Source of the DNA: Candidatus Levyibacteriota bacterium
Lineage (GTDB): Bacteria > Patescibacteriota > Microgenomatia > Levybacterales > UBA12049
Assembly: GCA_016186645.1 (NCBI GenBank)
Contig: JACPLF010000005.1
Coordinates: 109,995-173,994 of the forward strand
Length of the DNA stretch: 64,000 nucleotides
Direction of reading: 5' to 3'
Made by a program: the position numbers and the translations under genes. The first letter of the stretch is position 1; every line of letters starts with the position of its first letter. Shown piece after piece: positions 36,936-46,471 of the stretch. The notes below the pieces were generated by a model. The model had not been told where the DNA came from, ran no database searches, and worked only from the letters and a program-made list of their open reading frames with translations.

Positions 36936-38144
36936 TTGCTAATGAATTTAAAGCTGCTCGTGCTCCTTCTTATAATTCTTAGTTTCAGATTTTATTTTTT
37001 TTATTCAAATCAGCATCAGTTTGCGGATAAGCAGCAAGTCAGTTTCGAAACAACGATTTTGTCCCAGCCGCAGGTCTTTGGCAGTCGACAAGCATTTACT
37101 GCTAATTATCAAAATCAGAAAATCAGAATTACAACGTCACGCTTTCCAGAACTTAATTATGGAGATTTCGTGCGTATTTTCGGCAGAATAAGCAATCAAA
37201 ACAACAGAGTGCTAATGTATTTTCCAAAAATAGAAATTCTGAAGGATAAATCTTTTCTCGGGGGAAGCTTAAAAGCTATAAATCGTCTTAGGGAAAAAAT
37301 GATTTCTTTATTCTCAAAAACTCTTCCGACTCCTGCATCAAGTCTTTTATTAGGAATAATTTTCGGGATAAAAGAGCAGATGCCGAAAGATTTTTCTGAC
37401 AATTTAAAAACTTCGGGCGTTTTTCATGTTATTGCCGCATCAGGAATGAACGTTACATTGGTTGGTGGATTCATCAGCACATTTTGCGCATTTTTTCTGA
37501 AGCGCCAAATTGCAATTGGGTTAAGCATTTTAGGAATTATATTCTATGCAGTTTTGGCCGGATTGGAAGCCTCAATTATTAGGGCGTCGATAATGGGGAT
37601 TCTGGTTTTTTCCGCTCAGATTATAGGCAGACAGACTTTAGCAGTGAACGGATTATTTCTGGCAGGATTTATAATGCTTTTTATTGATCCAACTTTGATT
37701 TCCGACATTGGATTTCAGCTCTCGTTTGCCGCAACACTCGGACTTATTCTTATTCCAAAAATTAGGGCGATTGGGGAGATTAGGGTGATTGGCGATAGCA
37801 TAAATACCACCATTGCGGCTCAGATTGCAACTTTGCCAATTCTTCTGGCTAATTTCGGAACTCATTCTATCTATTCTGTTTTGGTCAACGGCCTGGTTTT
37901 GTGGACTGTGCAAATTCTTATGGTTATTGGCGGAATAGGCGCTTTGATTGGCCTAGTTTTTATGCCTTTGGGACAATTTGTAATTTATATTTCTTATCCG
38001 CTTTTGATTTATTTTGAGACTATTGTACAAATTTTTGGGAAAATTGGGGGAATAATAACTTTACAAAGCGTTCCCTGGCAATTCATTGCAGGATATTATT
38101 GCTTACTGACTTCGATTCTTATTGTTTTCAAAAGAAAGAAATAA
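36936..38144 (+). CDS. comEC: ComEC/Rec2 membrane channel domain (no fused MBL domain)
   Basis: Polytopic Competence-domain protein with a FHVIAASGMNV motif. Confidence 0.7.
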   Translation: MLMNLKLLVLLLIILSFRFYFFYSNQHQFADKQQVSFETTILSQPQVFGSRQAFTANYQNQKIRITTSRFPELNYGDFVRIFGRISNQNNRVLMYFPKIEILKDKSFLGGSLKAINRLREKMISLFSKTLPTPASSLLLGIIFGIKEQMPKDFSDNLKTSGVFHVIAASGMNVTLVGGFISTFCAFFLKRQIAIGLSILGIIFYAVLAGLEASIIRASIMGILVFSAQIIGRQTLAVNGLFLAGFIMLFIDPTLISDIGFQLSFAATLGLILIPKIRAIGEIRVIGDSINTTIAAQIATLPILLANFGTHSIYSVLVNGLVLWTVQILMVIGGIGALIGLVFMPLGQFVIYISYPLLIYFETIVQIFGKIGGIITLQSVPWQFIAGYYCLLTSILIVFKRKK

Positions 38145-38146
38145 GC

Positions 38147-38995
38147 ATGAAAAAATTTTTTTTGATTGGATCTTTGCTTTTATTTTTGTTGGGGTGTATT
38201 TTAATATATCAAAACATAACTTACAATGACAAAAAACTGCATGTTGTAATTTGCAATGTTGGTCAGGGAGATGCAATTTTCATAAGAACACCTCAGGGGT
38301 CGGATATTTTGATTGATGGCGGACCGGATGATTCGGTTTTAAATTGTTTGGGAAAACATATGCCGTTTTGGGATAGAACTTTGGAAATTATAATTTTAAC
38401 TCATCCGGACGCCGATCATGTCACAGGCCTAATAGATGTTATAGAACGATATAAATTGATATTTTTTTACACTAGCAAAATAACCACAAAAACAGCAGTT
38501 TATAACCAATTTCTAAAAACTTTGGAAAAATATAAAATAAAACAAAATTATCTTTGGCAGGGAGACAGGTTTATTTTAAAAGACGGCTTGAGCTTTCAAG
38601 CTCTTTGGCCAGCGCATGAGTGGGAAGAAGAAACTGTTATAGCTGGCGGGGCAACCAATTCATTCTCAGTTATAGGACTCTTGACTTACAAGAAATTCAA
38701 AGCGCTTTTTACTGGAGATTCGGATGCAGAACAGATGGAAGAAGTTGAAGATTTCACGGGAAAAATAAATTTCCTCAAAGTTCCTCATCATGGATCGCGA
38801 TTTGGTTTGACTGCCGAAATTTTAGATGTTTTAAACCCAAGACTTGCAGTAATTTCTGTTGGAAAAAATTCCTACGGCCACCCCACGCAATTCATTTTAG
38901 ACTTATTAAAATCCAAAAATATCAAAACCTTGCGCACCGACCAAGTCAGCGACATCGAAATTGTTTCGGACGGTAAATCCTGGAAAGTCAATTAA
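38147..38995 (+). CDS. Membrane-anchored MBL-fold hydrolase, corresponding to the ComEC C-terminal domain as a separate gene
   Basis: HPDADHVTGL and HHGSR metallo-beta-lactamase motifs. It has its own N-terminal TM helix. ATG lies 3 nt after the comEC stop. Confidence 0.65.
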   Translation: MKKFFLIGSLLLFLLGCILIYQNITYNDKKLHVVICNVGQGDAIFIRTPQGSDILIDGGPDDSVLNCLGKHMPFWDRTLEIIILTHPDADHVTGLIDVIERYKLIFFYTSKITTKTAVYNQFLKTLEKYKIKQNYLWQGDRFILKDGLSFQALWPAHEWEEETVIAGGATNSFSVIGLLTYKKFKALFTGDSDAEQMEEVEDFTGKINFLKVPHHGSRFGLTAEILDVLNPRLAVISVGKNSYGHPTQFILDLLKSKNIKTLRTDQVSDIEIVSDGKSWKVN

Positions 38996-39365
38996 GTAGC
39001 TTCGCAAGACCTAGCTTCGCAAGACCTGGTCTTGCGAAGCTGACTGGCCTTGCAAAGCTGAACAATAGTGAACCATAGTTTGAATTTTCATGTTATTGGA
39101 GATCATGTCACTAAGTACATGTGATACTCAATTAGATTTTTCTCAATTTCCGTAATTTCAATTTTCCCGTTTTAGGCCAGAAAGATGTCATTCTGAAGAA
39201 CGAAGCGACTGCAGAATTTAAAGAAAATGATTCTGGACAAGCCAGAATGACAAAGTGATATGCAATTGAATCATCTGCGTTTAGGAAAAATCAGTGTCGT
39301 GTAACAAGTACACATAATTTGACAGCTTTTAGTTTTTAGCGTATTATGGTATAAGATGCTTTAAT

Positions 39366-40115
39366 ATGTCAGAATCACACTTCGAACAGGAACGGACGGA
39401 AAGAAAAGAAGGGGGAGATCAAGGGAACAGCTCTTTTCTTAGGCGAGTTAGAGGTTTTATAGATCCTAATCCTATAAGAGCTCTTGCTAGGCGAGAAGTT
39501 GCAAAAGCCCTGGAAGAACATCTCTTAGGACCAGAATGGCACAGACAATCTCAATATCTAGCAACCCTCTTTGCAAAAGAATTGAACTTAACACAAGAAC
39601 AATACATTGCTTCTTTACCAAAATTTGGACCTCGACCGGAAAGTTGGAAAAAAAGATCTGGTATTCCAGTTATTGTTGAAACAAGAGTTCCTCTGGAAAG
39701 AATGCTAGAACTAGCAGGTATAAAAGTAGATTCTTTTAATGTAAATTCAATAATAGATTGGAAAAAAGGCAAATTCAGAACTCCTAAGTCTCCATATACC
39801 ACATGGCTTAATGATGGAGAAGTTGATTTAAATACGTCAGTAAATCACGTTCGTAAATCTTTAAAACCTGATGAAAGAGGGGCAACTATATATGATGGTA
39901 TAGCTCTTTGCATAAGAGATCGAAACCTCAATGTTCGGGAAAGAAGTCGCCTTTTAATTTCAAATCTTCCTGGATCGCAGATTGACTTTGGCTTCGCTCC
40001 CCGTCTTGCTCGTATGAGTGTAGATACTTGGGTATATAGGCATTTGGATGACGATGATGGTTCGAATTCTGGTTGTGTTCTCGTTGCGGGAAGAAAAATA
40101 AAAATTACAAATTGA
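39366..40115 (+). CDS. Hypothetical protein (249 aa)
   Basis: Clean ORF, no recognisable motif. Confidence 0.45.
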   Translation: MSESHFEQERTERKEGGDQGNSSFLRRVRGFIDPNPIRALARREVAKALEEHLLGPEWHRQSQYLATLFAKELNLTQEQYIASLPKFGPRPESWKKRSGIPVIVETRVPLERMLELAGIKVDSFNVNSIIDWKKGKFRTPKSPYTTWLNDGEVDLNTSVNHVRKSLKPDERGATIYDGIALCIRDRNLNVRERSRLLISNLPGSQIDFGFAPRLARMSVDTWVYRHLDDDDGSNSGCVLVAGRKIKITN

Positions 40116-40273
40116 ATTCTTGATTTTTTTGAATCTCTGGATGCTACCGTTCTACAAGGTGGGAGTTGGATAAAAAACGTTACTGTAATATATTAATATT
40201 TTATTGCAAAAGAAAGGAGAACAACCGTTTTCCATATATATCCTGCACAAATTAGCCGCAGTCATTCCTCAAA

Positions 40274-41989
40274 TTAGTTAATTGTTTGGGAGAGTTTGGA
40301 GAGGGGGGTTGTGGTTGGTTTTGGGGCCTCCAGAGAAGTTTTAGCATCATCCACAGCAGGGAGGGAGAAAGAGAAGGTTGTACCCACACCTTGCGCGGAT
40401 TTGACCCATATTCTTCCCTCATGGGATTCAACAATTCCTTTGACCAAATAGAGTCCTAGTCCTGTGCCTTGAGTAGAAACTTGTTCTGATGTATTTTGGG
40501 CCTGAGTATATTTGGAGAAAAGTAATTTTTGCTGTTCCGGAGCAATGCCTACTCCTGTATCCGTGACGGAAACAACAATATATTTATCAAGACTCAAAAA
40601 TTCTTCTGTTGGAGGAATTACTTTGTAATCAACTTCAACCTTTATGCGGCCATTCTCCGGTGTAAATTTAAGGCTGTTTGACAAAAGATTATCAATTACT
40701 TGACTTATTCTTATCTCATCAAAGGAAATTTCAGGAAGCGATTTTGCAATAGTTTCAAAGTTCAGAGAAATATTTTTGCGCTCTGCTTGTGGGGCGAAAG
40801 TTTGCATTTGTTCCTGAATCAGTTTTTCAATATCCCCTGGACTTTTTTGCAAAACCAATTTTCCTGCATCCAATTTGGCAGTATCCAAAATAGAGCCTAT
40901 CTGTCCCAAAACTTTTTTTGCCTGGGTATGAATCATCTCCAAAAATTTCAATTTCCTTTCTTCTTCAAGAGTATTTGTTGAAAGGATAAGCTCAGCTGAG
41001 TCTTTGATAGTTGTAACAGGAGCACGAAGTTCATGAACCATGATGTGTGTCAAATCCTCTTTGAGCATTTCTTTTTTCTTATATTCTGTCATATCATGCA
41101 AAACTAAAGAAACCTTGTAATTTCCGATTGGATTTATGAAAAGGTCAGCTGTTTTGCTCCCTATATTAATCCCCTTTTCAATATATGGATTTTTGCTGAG
41201 TATGACCTCACTGATTTTGGGGGCCAAATTCATGTTTTGAGGGAAAACATTTGCAACATCAAAAAAGCTGGCATTCATGTTGGTTATTCCAAGCATTTTT
41301 TTTGCGAAGTCATTTATTGCCAGCAAATTATTTTTATCGTCAATCATAATTATCCCTTCATTCATGCTGTCAATTAGGGATGAAAATTTTTGCGTTTCAG
41401 AATCAATTGCCTGCTCAAAATGTGTTAAAGAAGAAGACGCCGCGTCTATTAATTCGTGAAGATCTTCCATGTTTTTGTAGGCATTCTGCGCAGCTGAAGA
41501 CAAATGTATGAGTGCCAAGACTTTATTTTTGGCAATTAATGGAATATGAAAAGATGATGAATAGATTGATTTGACAGCATCATTCAATGGCACTCCATAG
41601 AATTTTTTGTCAATTATTTCAGGCATTTTCCCAACAAGTTTTTCAAAAGAAGAAATCATACTTTCTTCGACCCTTCTTATATATTCACCTCCAATATTGT
41701 CTTCTACGTATACTTGAAAAATAACGTGTCCATTTTTAATCACCATTGATGCGGCCGCGGAATAGCTGAAAAAGTTTCTCAAGTTCGCCATTATGACATC
41801 AACTACTTTTTCAGGATCTGTTGTATAAGCAATTTTTCCCTGGATTTCTTTAAGGACTGAGAGTTTGTAAATTCTATCCTCCTGAGTCTTTTTTTCTATT
41901 GCATCCTGAGCCTTAAGTCTGTCAAGATGCCAGGAAACTAAAACAGCAATTATTCCCAAGATTGACGCAGCGATCAAGGCAATTTCCAT
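40274..41989 (-). CDS. Sensor histidine kinase (TM, PAS, HisKA, HATPase_c)
   Basis: H-box MVHELRAPVTTI and G2 box GTGLGLYLVKGIVESHEG. Confidence 0.85.
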   Translation of the reverse strand: MEIALIAASILGIIAVLVSWHLDRLKAQDAIEKKTQEDRIYKLSVLKEIQGKIAYTTDPEKVVDVIMANLRNFFSYSAAASMVIKNGHVIFQVYVEDNIGGEYIRRVEESMISSFEKLVGKMPEIIDKKFYGVPLNDAVKSIYSSSFHIPLIAKNKVLALIHLSSAAQNAYKNMEDLHELIDAASSSLTHFEQAIDSETQKFSSLIDSMNEGIIMIDDKNNLLAINDFAKKMLGITNMNASFFDVANVFPQNMNLAPKISEVILSKNPYIEKGINIGSKTADLFINPIGNYKVSLVLHDMTEYKKKEMLKEDLTHIMVHELRAPVTTIKDSAELILSTNTLEEERKLKFLEMIHTQAKKVLGQIGSILDTAKLDAGKLVLQKSPGDIEKLIQEQMQTFAPQAERKNISLNFETIAKSLPEISFDEIRISQVIDNLLSNSLKFTPENGRIKVEVDYKVIPPTEEFLSLDKYIVVSVTDTGVGIAPEQQKLLFSKYTQAQNTSEQVSTQGTGLGLYLVKGIVESHEGRIWVKSAQGVGTTFSFSLPAVDDAKTSLEAPKPTTTPLSKLSQTIN

Positions 41990-41994
41990 AGGTC

Positions 41995-42345
41995 TTAGGC
42001 GGATTTATGTTTCGATAATGCTTCAAGCTTTTCTCCCATGGACTTACTTCCTATAACGATAATATAAGTTCCGATTACAAAAAGAATTTGCCTGATAAAA
42101 AGTAAAATGTTAAGCGTTGGAGAATTACTTGAAACCTGAATATATATTGAGACTGCGTCTATAATTATGGCTAAAGCAACAATAAAAATTCCAAATCCAA
42201 TCGTCTTAAATCCTGTTGCCAGAATTCCTGTAACAAATTTTTTCAAAAATCTTGCCATTATTATTGCGGCTGCAATAGCTGCAAAAGCAGATATGAAAGA
42301 AGATGCCTCAATTAAAATCGGTGAGAGCTTTGTAAAATCTATCAT
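41995..42345 (-). CDS. Small polytopic membrane protein
   Basis: 116 aa with three hydrophobic helices. Lies between the response-regulator and kinase genes. Confidence 0.45.
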   Translation of the reverse strand: MIDFTKLSPILIEASSFISAFAAIAAAIIMARFLKKFVTGILATGFKTIGFGIFIVALAIIIDAVSIYIQVSSNSPTLNILLFIRQILFVIGTYIIVIGSKSMGEKLEALSKHKSA

Positions 42346-42351
42346 GGACAG

Positions 42352-42717
42352 TTACATTTTGAGAGCTTGTTTGACCTTGCTGACAAGGTCCGCAGGCTCG
42401 ACTTGATACTTGAAGACGTAGTCCATAGCTCCATTATTTATCGCTTCTTTTACCAGTTCTTCCTGACTGAAGTTGGAAAGTATTATAACTGGAATATTTT
42501 GGGTTTGGGAATCGGTTTTGAGAGTTTTGAGGACTTCATTTCCTGAAATATCAGGCAAAACTTGATCAAGGAGTATAAGGTCGGGTTTTTCTGATCTGGC
42601 TTTGTCAATTCCGCCCTTTCCATTTAGGGAAAAAACGGTCTGTAAACCATTCTTTTGAAGCGCAGTTTCAAAAACTGCACTTATATTTTCATCATCATCG
42701 ATGATAAGAACCTTCAT
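42352..42717 (-). CDS. Stand-alone response-regulator receiver domain (CheY-like)
   Basis: MKVLIIDDDENI...DLILLDQVLPD...K motif set. Confidence 0.8.
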   Translation of the reverse strand: MKVLIIDDDENISAVFETALQKNGLQTVFSLNGKGGIDKARSEKPDLILLDQVLPDISGNEVLKTLKTDSQTQNIPVIILSNFSQEELVKEAINNGAMDYVFKYQVEPADLVSKVKQALKM

Positions 42718-42839
42718 ATTAGCGTCTAGTTATCAGCGTCTAGCGTCTAGTTTTCGGCAACTGAACGCTGAAGGCTAGTTGCTGAACGCTAATTAAAGGC
42801 TATCAGTTGCGAAAGAAGTTGTCAATACTAAAAAATGAA

Positions 42840-43739
42840 TTATTTTGCGGGATTTGCAGGAATCGGAACGTAGAAATCTTGATAATACCCGCGAAGCTCT
42901 CTTGGCATATTTTGCGCAATTTCAGCCATAGCATAATCAACAATATCTTGTTTATTGTTCTCTCTGCCAGGTGATGTTCCTAGAGCTTCTATAAATTCAT
43001 TGTCAAGTAGAGTAAAGCTTAAATAGCAAGTATTTTCTCCAAACCACGCAGAGGTAGAGATAATGGGAATATTTTTTCGAGCGGCAAATAAAATAATACC
43101 GCCTGCTTTTGGATCGCCTCTTATTAGCTCTCTGTGTTCTTCTCCTTCTGGGTAAAGTCCAACACTTTCCTGATCTGAAAACGCTTTTAATATTAGTTTG
43201 ATTCCTTTTGTCCCGTTTCCTTCTCCGACCGGAATAGAATTAGCGCTTTTTCCTATAGGATTTCCCCTGTTTAGAATAGCACGATGGCTTTCTATTATAG
43301 GATGTCGAAAAAATCTCTGCGTCGTACTCTTATTTTGTCCGGATATCCACCTTATTTCTTTTCCTGTCATCTTTTTAATCAAATAATTTGTAGCAAAAAG
43401 TTTCCATGACCCATTGATGGGACCTTGTATTGTGTGATTTTCTAAAAAAAGAGTTCCTGTTCCTTTTAATCCTTCTAGGAAACTTGATCCCTCTGAGGAT
43501 AGTTTAAATCCATTAAGCACTCCAATATATTCCGACAATGGAGTCTGTTTTCCCTTCTTGATTCTCTCAGCCATTATTTGAAAATTAATTTCCCCTGAGG
43601 CTGTAAGTTGGTCTTCACAATCCAAGAGATAATCTGACCAAGAATCCAGAGCCCTTCTTTGTACCCATCCTGCGGCCAATTCTTTCATAGCCACAATTAT
43701 AGGGTTTTGGATTAGATTATTCAATAATATGTGGTACAA
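42840..43739 (-). CDS. Acyltransferase-like protein (PlsC/LPLAT-like YPEGxxHR motif)
   Basis: LYPEGEEHRELIRGDPKAGGIILFAARKNIPIISTSAWF. The N-terminal half is unassigned. Confidence 0.4.
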   Translation of the reverse strand: MYHILLNNLIQNPIIVAMKELAAGWVQRRALDSWSDYLLDCEDQLTASGEINFQIMAERIKKGKQTPLSEYIGVLNGFKLSSEGSSFLEGLKGTGTLFLENHTIQGPINGSWKLFATNYLIKKMTGKEIRWISGQNKSTTQRFFRHPIIESHRAILNRGNPIGKSANSIPVGEGNGTKGIKLILKAFSDQESVGLYPEGEEHRELIRGDPKAGGIILFAARKNIPIISTSAWFGENTCYLSFTLLDNEFIEALGTSPGRENNKQDIVDYAMAEIAQNMPRELRGYYQDFYVPIPANPAK

Positions 43740-43746
43740 TTATTGC

Positions 43747-45504
43747 ATGTTAAATGTTAGGCAGCAAGTTGCTTTTGATCTAAGAAGAGTACTTAAAAAT
43801 CTGGTTTCGCCGGATCGAGATATTATTCCTCAGCTTGAGCATCCGATGGATGAGAAACATGGCGATTATGCGTCGAATATTGCCCTAGCAATATTCTCCA
43901 GTTCAAAGTTCCCCTCCTCGGTGGGCAGGCAAGTTCAAAGTTCAAAGTTTGGGTCGCCGATGGAATTGGCAGAGGAAATTGTAAAAAAACTCAATAGTTC
44001 AAGCGCAACTTTGCCAAATATTGCCAAAGTTGAAGCAGTAAAACCAGGCTTCATCAATTTCTATTTATCTCAAAATTATCTAATCACTCTAATGATACAT
44101 ATCATTAGAGTGTCGGAGGGGTATGGAGCCTCAGAAAAGCTGAAAAATAAGAAAATAATGGTTGAGTTTACGGATCCCAATCCATTTAAAGAATTTCATA
44201 TCGGTCATTTGTACAGCAATACAGTGGGAGAATCCATAAGCCGAATGCTGGAAGCCTTGGGCGCAAATGTAAAAAGAGCAAATTATCAGGGAGATGTTGG
44301 AATGCATGTTGCAAAAGCAATTTATGGAATCCAAAATTTAGAAATAAAAATTGAAGATTTAGAAAAAAAATCTTTGAAAGAAAAAATTAAAATTTTGGGA
44401 GAGGCATATGCAAATGGTTCAAAAAAATATGAAGACGATGAAAATGTAAAGAAAGAAATCGAAGAATTGAACAAGAAAATATATGACAAAGAGCCTGATG
44501 TAACGGCACTTTACGAAAAAGGCAGGCAATGGAGTTTGGAATATTTCGAAGAGATATATAAACGCCTTGGAACCAAATTCGACTTCTATTATTTTGAGTC
44601 GGAAGTTGGAAGAGATGGATTAAAATTAGTAAAAGAATATTTAAAAAAAGGCATTTTTGAGGAAAGCCTTGGCGCAGTAATATTTCCTGGTGAAAAATAT
44701 GGATTGCACGACAGGGTATTTATAAATTCGCTTGGACTTCCGACATATGAAGCAAAAGAGTTAGGTCTTGCATTAAAAAAATATCAAGATTTTAAGTTCG
44801 ATCAATCAATAGTTGTAACGGGAAATGAAATTATTGGTTATTTCAAGGTCATACTTGTTGCTTTGGGAGAAATAAATCCTGAGCTGGCAACCAAAACGAA
44901 GCATCTATCTCATGGAATGGTCAGGCTTCCAACCGGAAAAATGTCTAGTAGGACTGGAAATATTTTAACAGGAGAATGGCTTTTGGATGAAGCAAAAAGC
45001 CTCTTAAAAGGGAAGTTTAATGAAATGGAAGAAGATATTTTGGAAAAAGTTACAGTTGGGTCTATAAAATACGCGCTTTTGAAAAGCAGTCTTGGTCGTG
45101 ATATTGAGTTTGATTTTGAAGAATCAATAAATATTCAAGGCAATTCTGGGCCTTATTTGCAGTATACATTTGCTCGGACGCAAAGCGTCCTTGCTAAAGC
45201 AGAAAAAGATTTAAGATTTAAGATTAAAGATTTAAGAATAGAACCGGAAGAAATATCTCTGCTAAGAACATTGAGTCGTTTTCAGGAGATTGTAGAAGAG
45301 GCAGCTAATAAATTTGCGCCGAATCTTTTGTGCAATTATCTTTTTGATCTGGCCCAAAAGTTTAATTTATTCTACCAGAGGCGCAAGATTCTTGGGGAGA
45401 TTGGAGATATTAGGGATTTTAGGATTGCCTTAACAAAAGCAGTGGGACAGGTTATCAAAAACGGTCTCCATTTGCTGGGGATTGACTCTCCGGAGAAGAT
45501 GTAG
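43747..45504 (+). CDS. argS: Arginine--tRNA ligase
   Basis: FHIGHLYS (HIGH) and a DALR-type anticodon-binding C-terminus. A TGTGGTACAAT -10 box immediately upstream suggests leaderless translation from the ATG at 43747. Confidence 0.85.
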   Translation: MLNVRQQVAFDLRRVLKNLVSPDRDIIPQLEHPMDEKHGDYASNIALAIFSSSKFPSSVGRQVQSSKFGSPMELAEEIVKKLNSSSATLPNIAKVEAVKPGFINFYLSQNYLITLMIHIIRVSEGYGASEKLKNKKIMVEFTDPNPFKEFHIGHLYSNTVGESISRMLEALGANVKRANYQGDVGMHVAKAIYGIQNLEIKIEDLEKKSLKEKIKILGEAYANGSKKYEDDENVKKEIEELNKKIYDKEPDVTALYEKGRQWSLEYFEEIYKRLGTKFDFYYFESEVGRDGLKLVKEYLKKGIFEESLGAVIFPGEKYGLHDRVFINSLGLPTYEAKELGLALKKYQDFKFDQSIVVTGNEIIGYFKVILVALGEINPELATKTKHLSHGMVRLPTGKMSSRTGNILTGEWLLDEAKSLLKGKFNEMEEDILEKVTVGSIKYALLKSSLGRDIEFDFEESINIQGNSGPYLQYTFARTQSVLAKAEKDLRFKIKDLRIEPEEISLLRTLSRFQEIVEEAANKFAPNLLCNYLFDLAQKFNLFYQRRKILGEIGDIRDFRIALTKAVGQVIKNGLHLLGIDSPEKM

Positions 45505-46402
45505 GGGCGGGTTTTTCTTCTATGCGAAAAGCCCTAACTTTTTTGCCATTTACTTCAGCTTCATATTCAACTAATATGCAGTCATTTTTTCTTAGAATAA
45601 TGTTAGCTCTTTTTACTACTAAATTTACGCTACTTTCACCATCTCGATTATTAAAAGGTGACACCCCTAATGCAGCGATCTCTCCGGCCAAATAGGGAGT
45701 TCCATTTTCCTGAGCCAAAAGAGCTCCCTTTATAGCTCTCGTTTCGAGTGTGTCTCTGTCTACTTTAATTATTCTCCCATTGGGAAGCAAAATATCTTTT
45801 TTTGCCAAAGCTTTCGTGTCTAAAGGATGGGCAAACTGCGGCTCATCTTTATGTCTAAACCAATATTGACGGCTTGTCCCTTCTTCAGAACCTTTAATAA
45901 GCGGAATTGCGTCGATTACCCAACCATGTGGTTTAATTTTTTTACGATAGCTTTCAATCTTAATATATACTTTTTTTCTGGCAGTTGCCTTGCTTTCTTT
46001 AGATCTTTTGGGAGTCGGATCCAAAGCCTGTGCTATTTGTTCTAAGGAAAAAGGCTGTTGTTCTTTTCTTGCTTGTGTTACGATTTCTGTGATTTGTCGT
46101 ATGTGAGATGTTTTTGTTCCAGTTATTTGGTTGCCATCCGGAAGAATAGCCGACTCGAAATCTGCCCTAAGGGAATTATTTTCTGGCTCTTGCATAAATC
46201 CAACTAACCTGTCATGATCTGCTTGTGGATATAGCTCTCGTCCATTAGAATCGGTTTGAGGAGTAAGGCCAACATCACGATCAATTTCTCTTTTCAATCT
46301 GCCCATAGCTTTTGGATCATTAGATTTACCCGCATCATGAAGTATTTGTGCTCTTGTGAATAAAGATTCATCTACAGCATTTGATCGTTGTTCTATTCCC
46401 AT
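45455..46402 (-). CDS. Hypothetical protein with a possible HD-like N-terminal motif
   Basis: ILHDAGKS...ADHDRL. Confidence 0.35.
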   Translation of the reverse strand: MGIEQRSNAVDESLFTRAQILHDAGKSNDPKAMGRLKREIDRDVGLTPQTDSNGRELYPQADHDRLVGFMQEPENNSLRADFESAILPDGNQITGTKTSHIRQITEIVTQARKEQQPFSLEQIAQALDPTPKRSKESKATARKKVYIKIESYRKKIKPHGWVIDAIPLIKGSEEGTSRQYWFRHKDEPQFAHPLDTKALAKKDILLPNGRIIKVDRDTLETRAIKGALLAQENGTPYLAGEIAALGVSPFNNRDGESSVNLVVKRANIILRKNDCILVEYEAEVNGKKVRAFRIEEKPAPTSSPESQSPANGDRF

Positions 46403-46471
46403 AATAACTACGGATTATATAACAAAATACTGCTGATTGTCACTTTTTAACGGATTTGGTAGAATTGAAAC

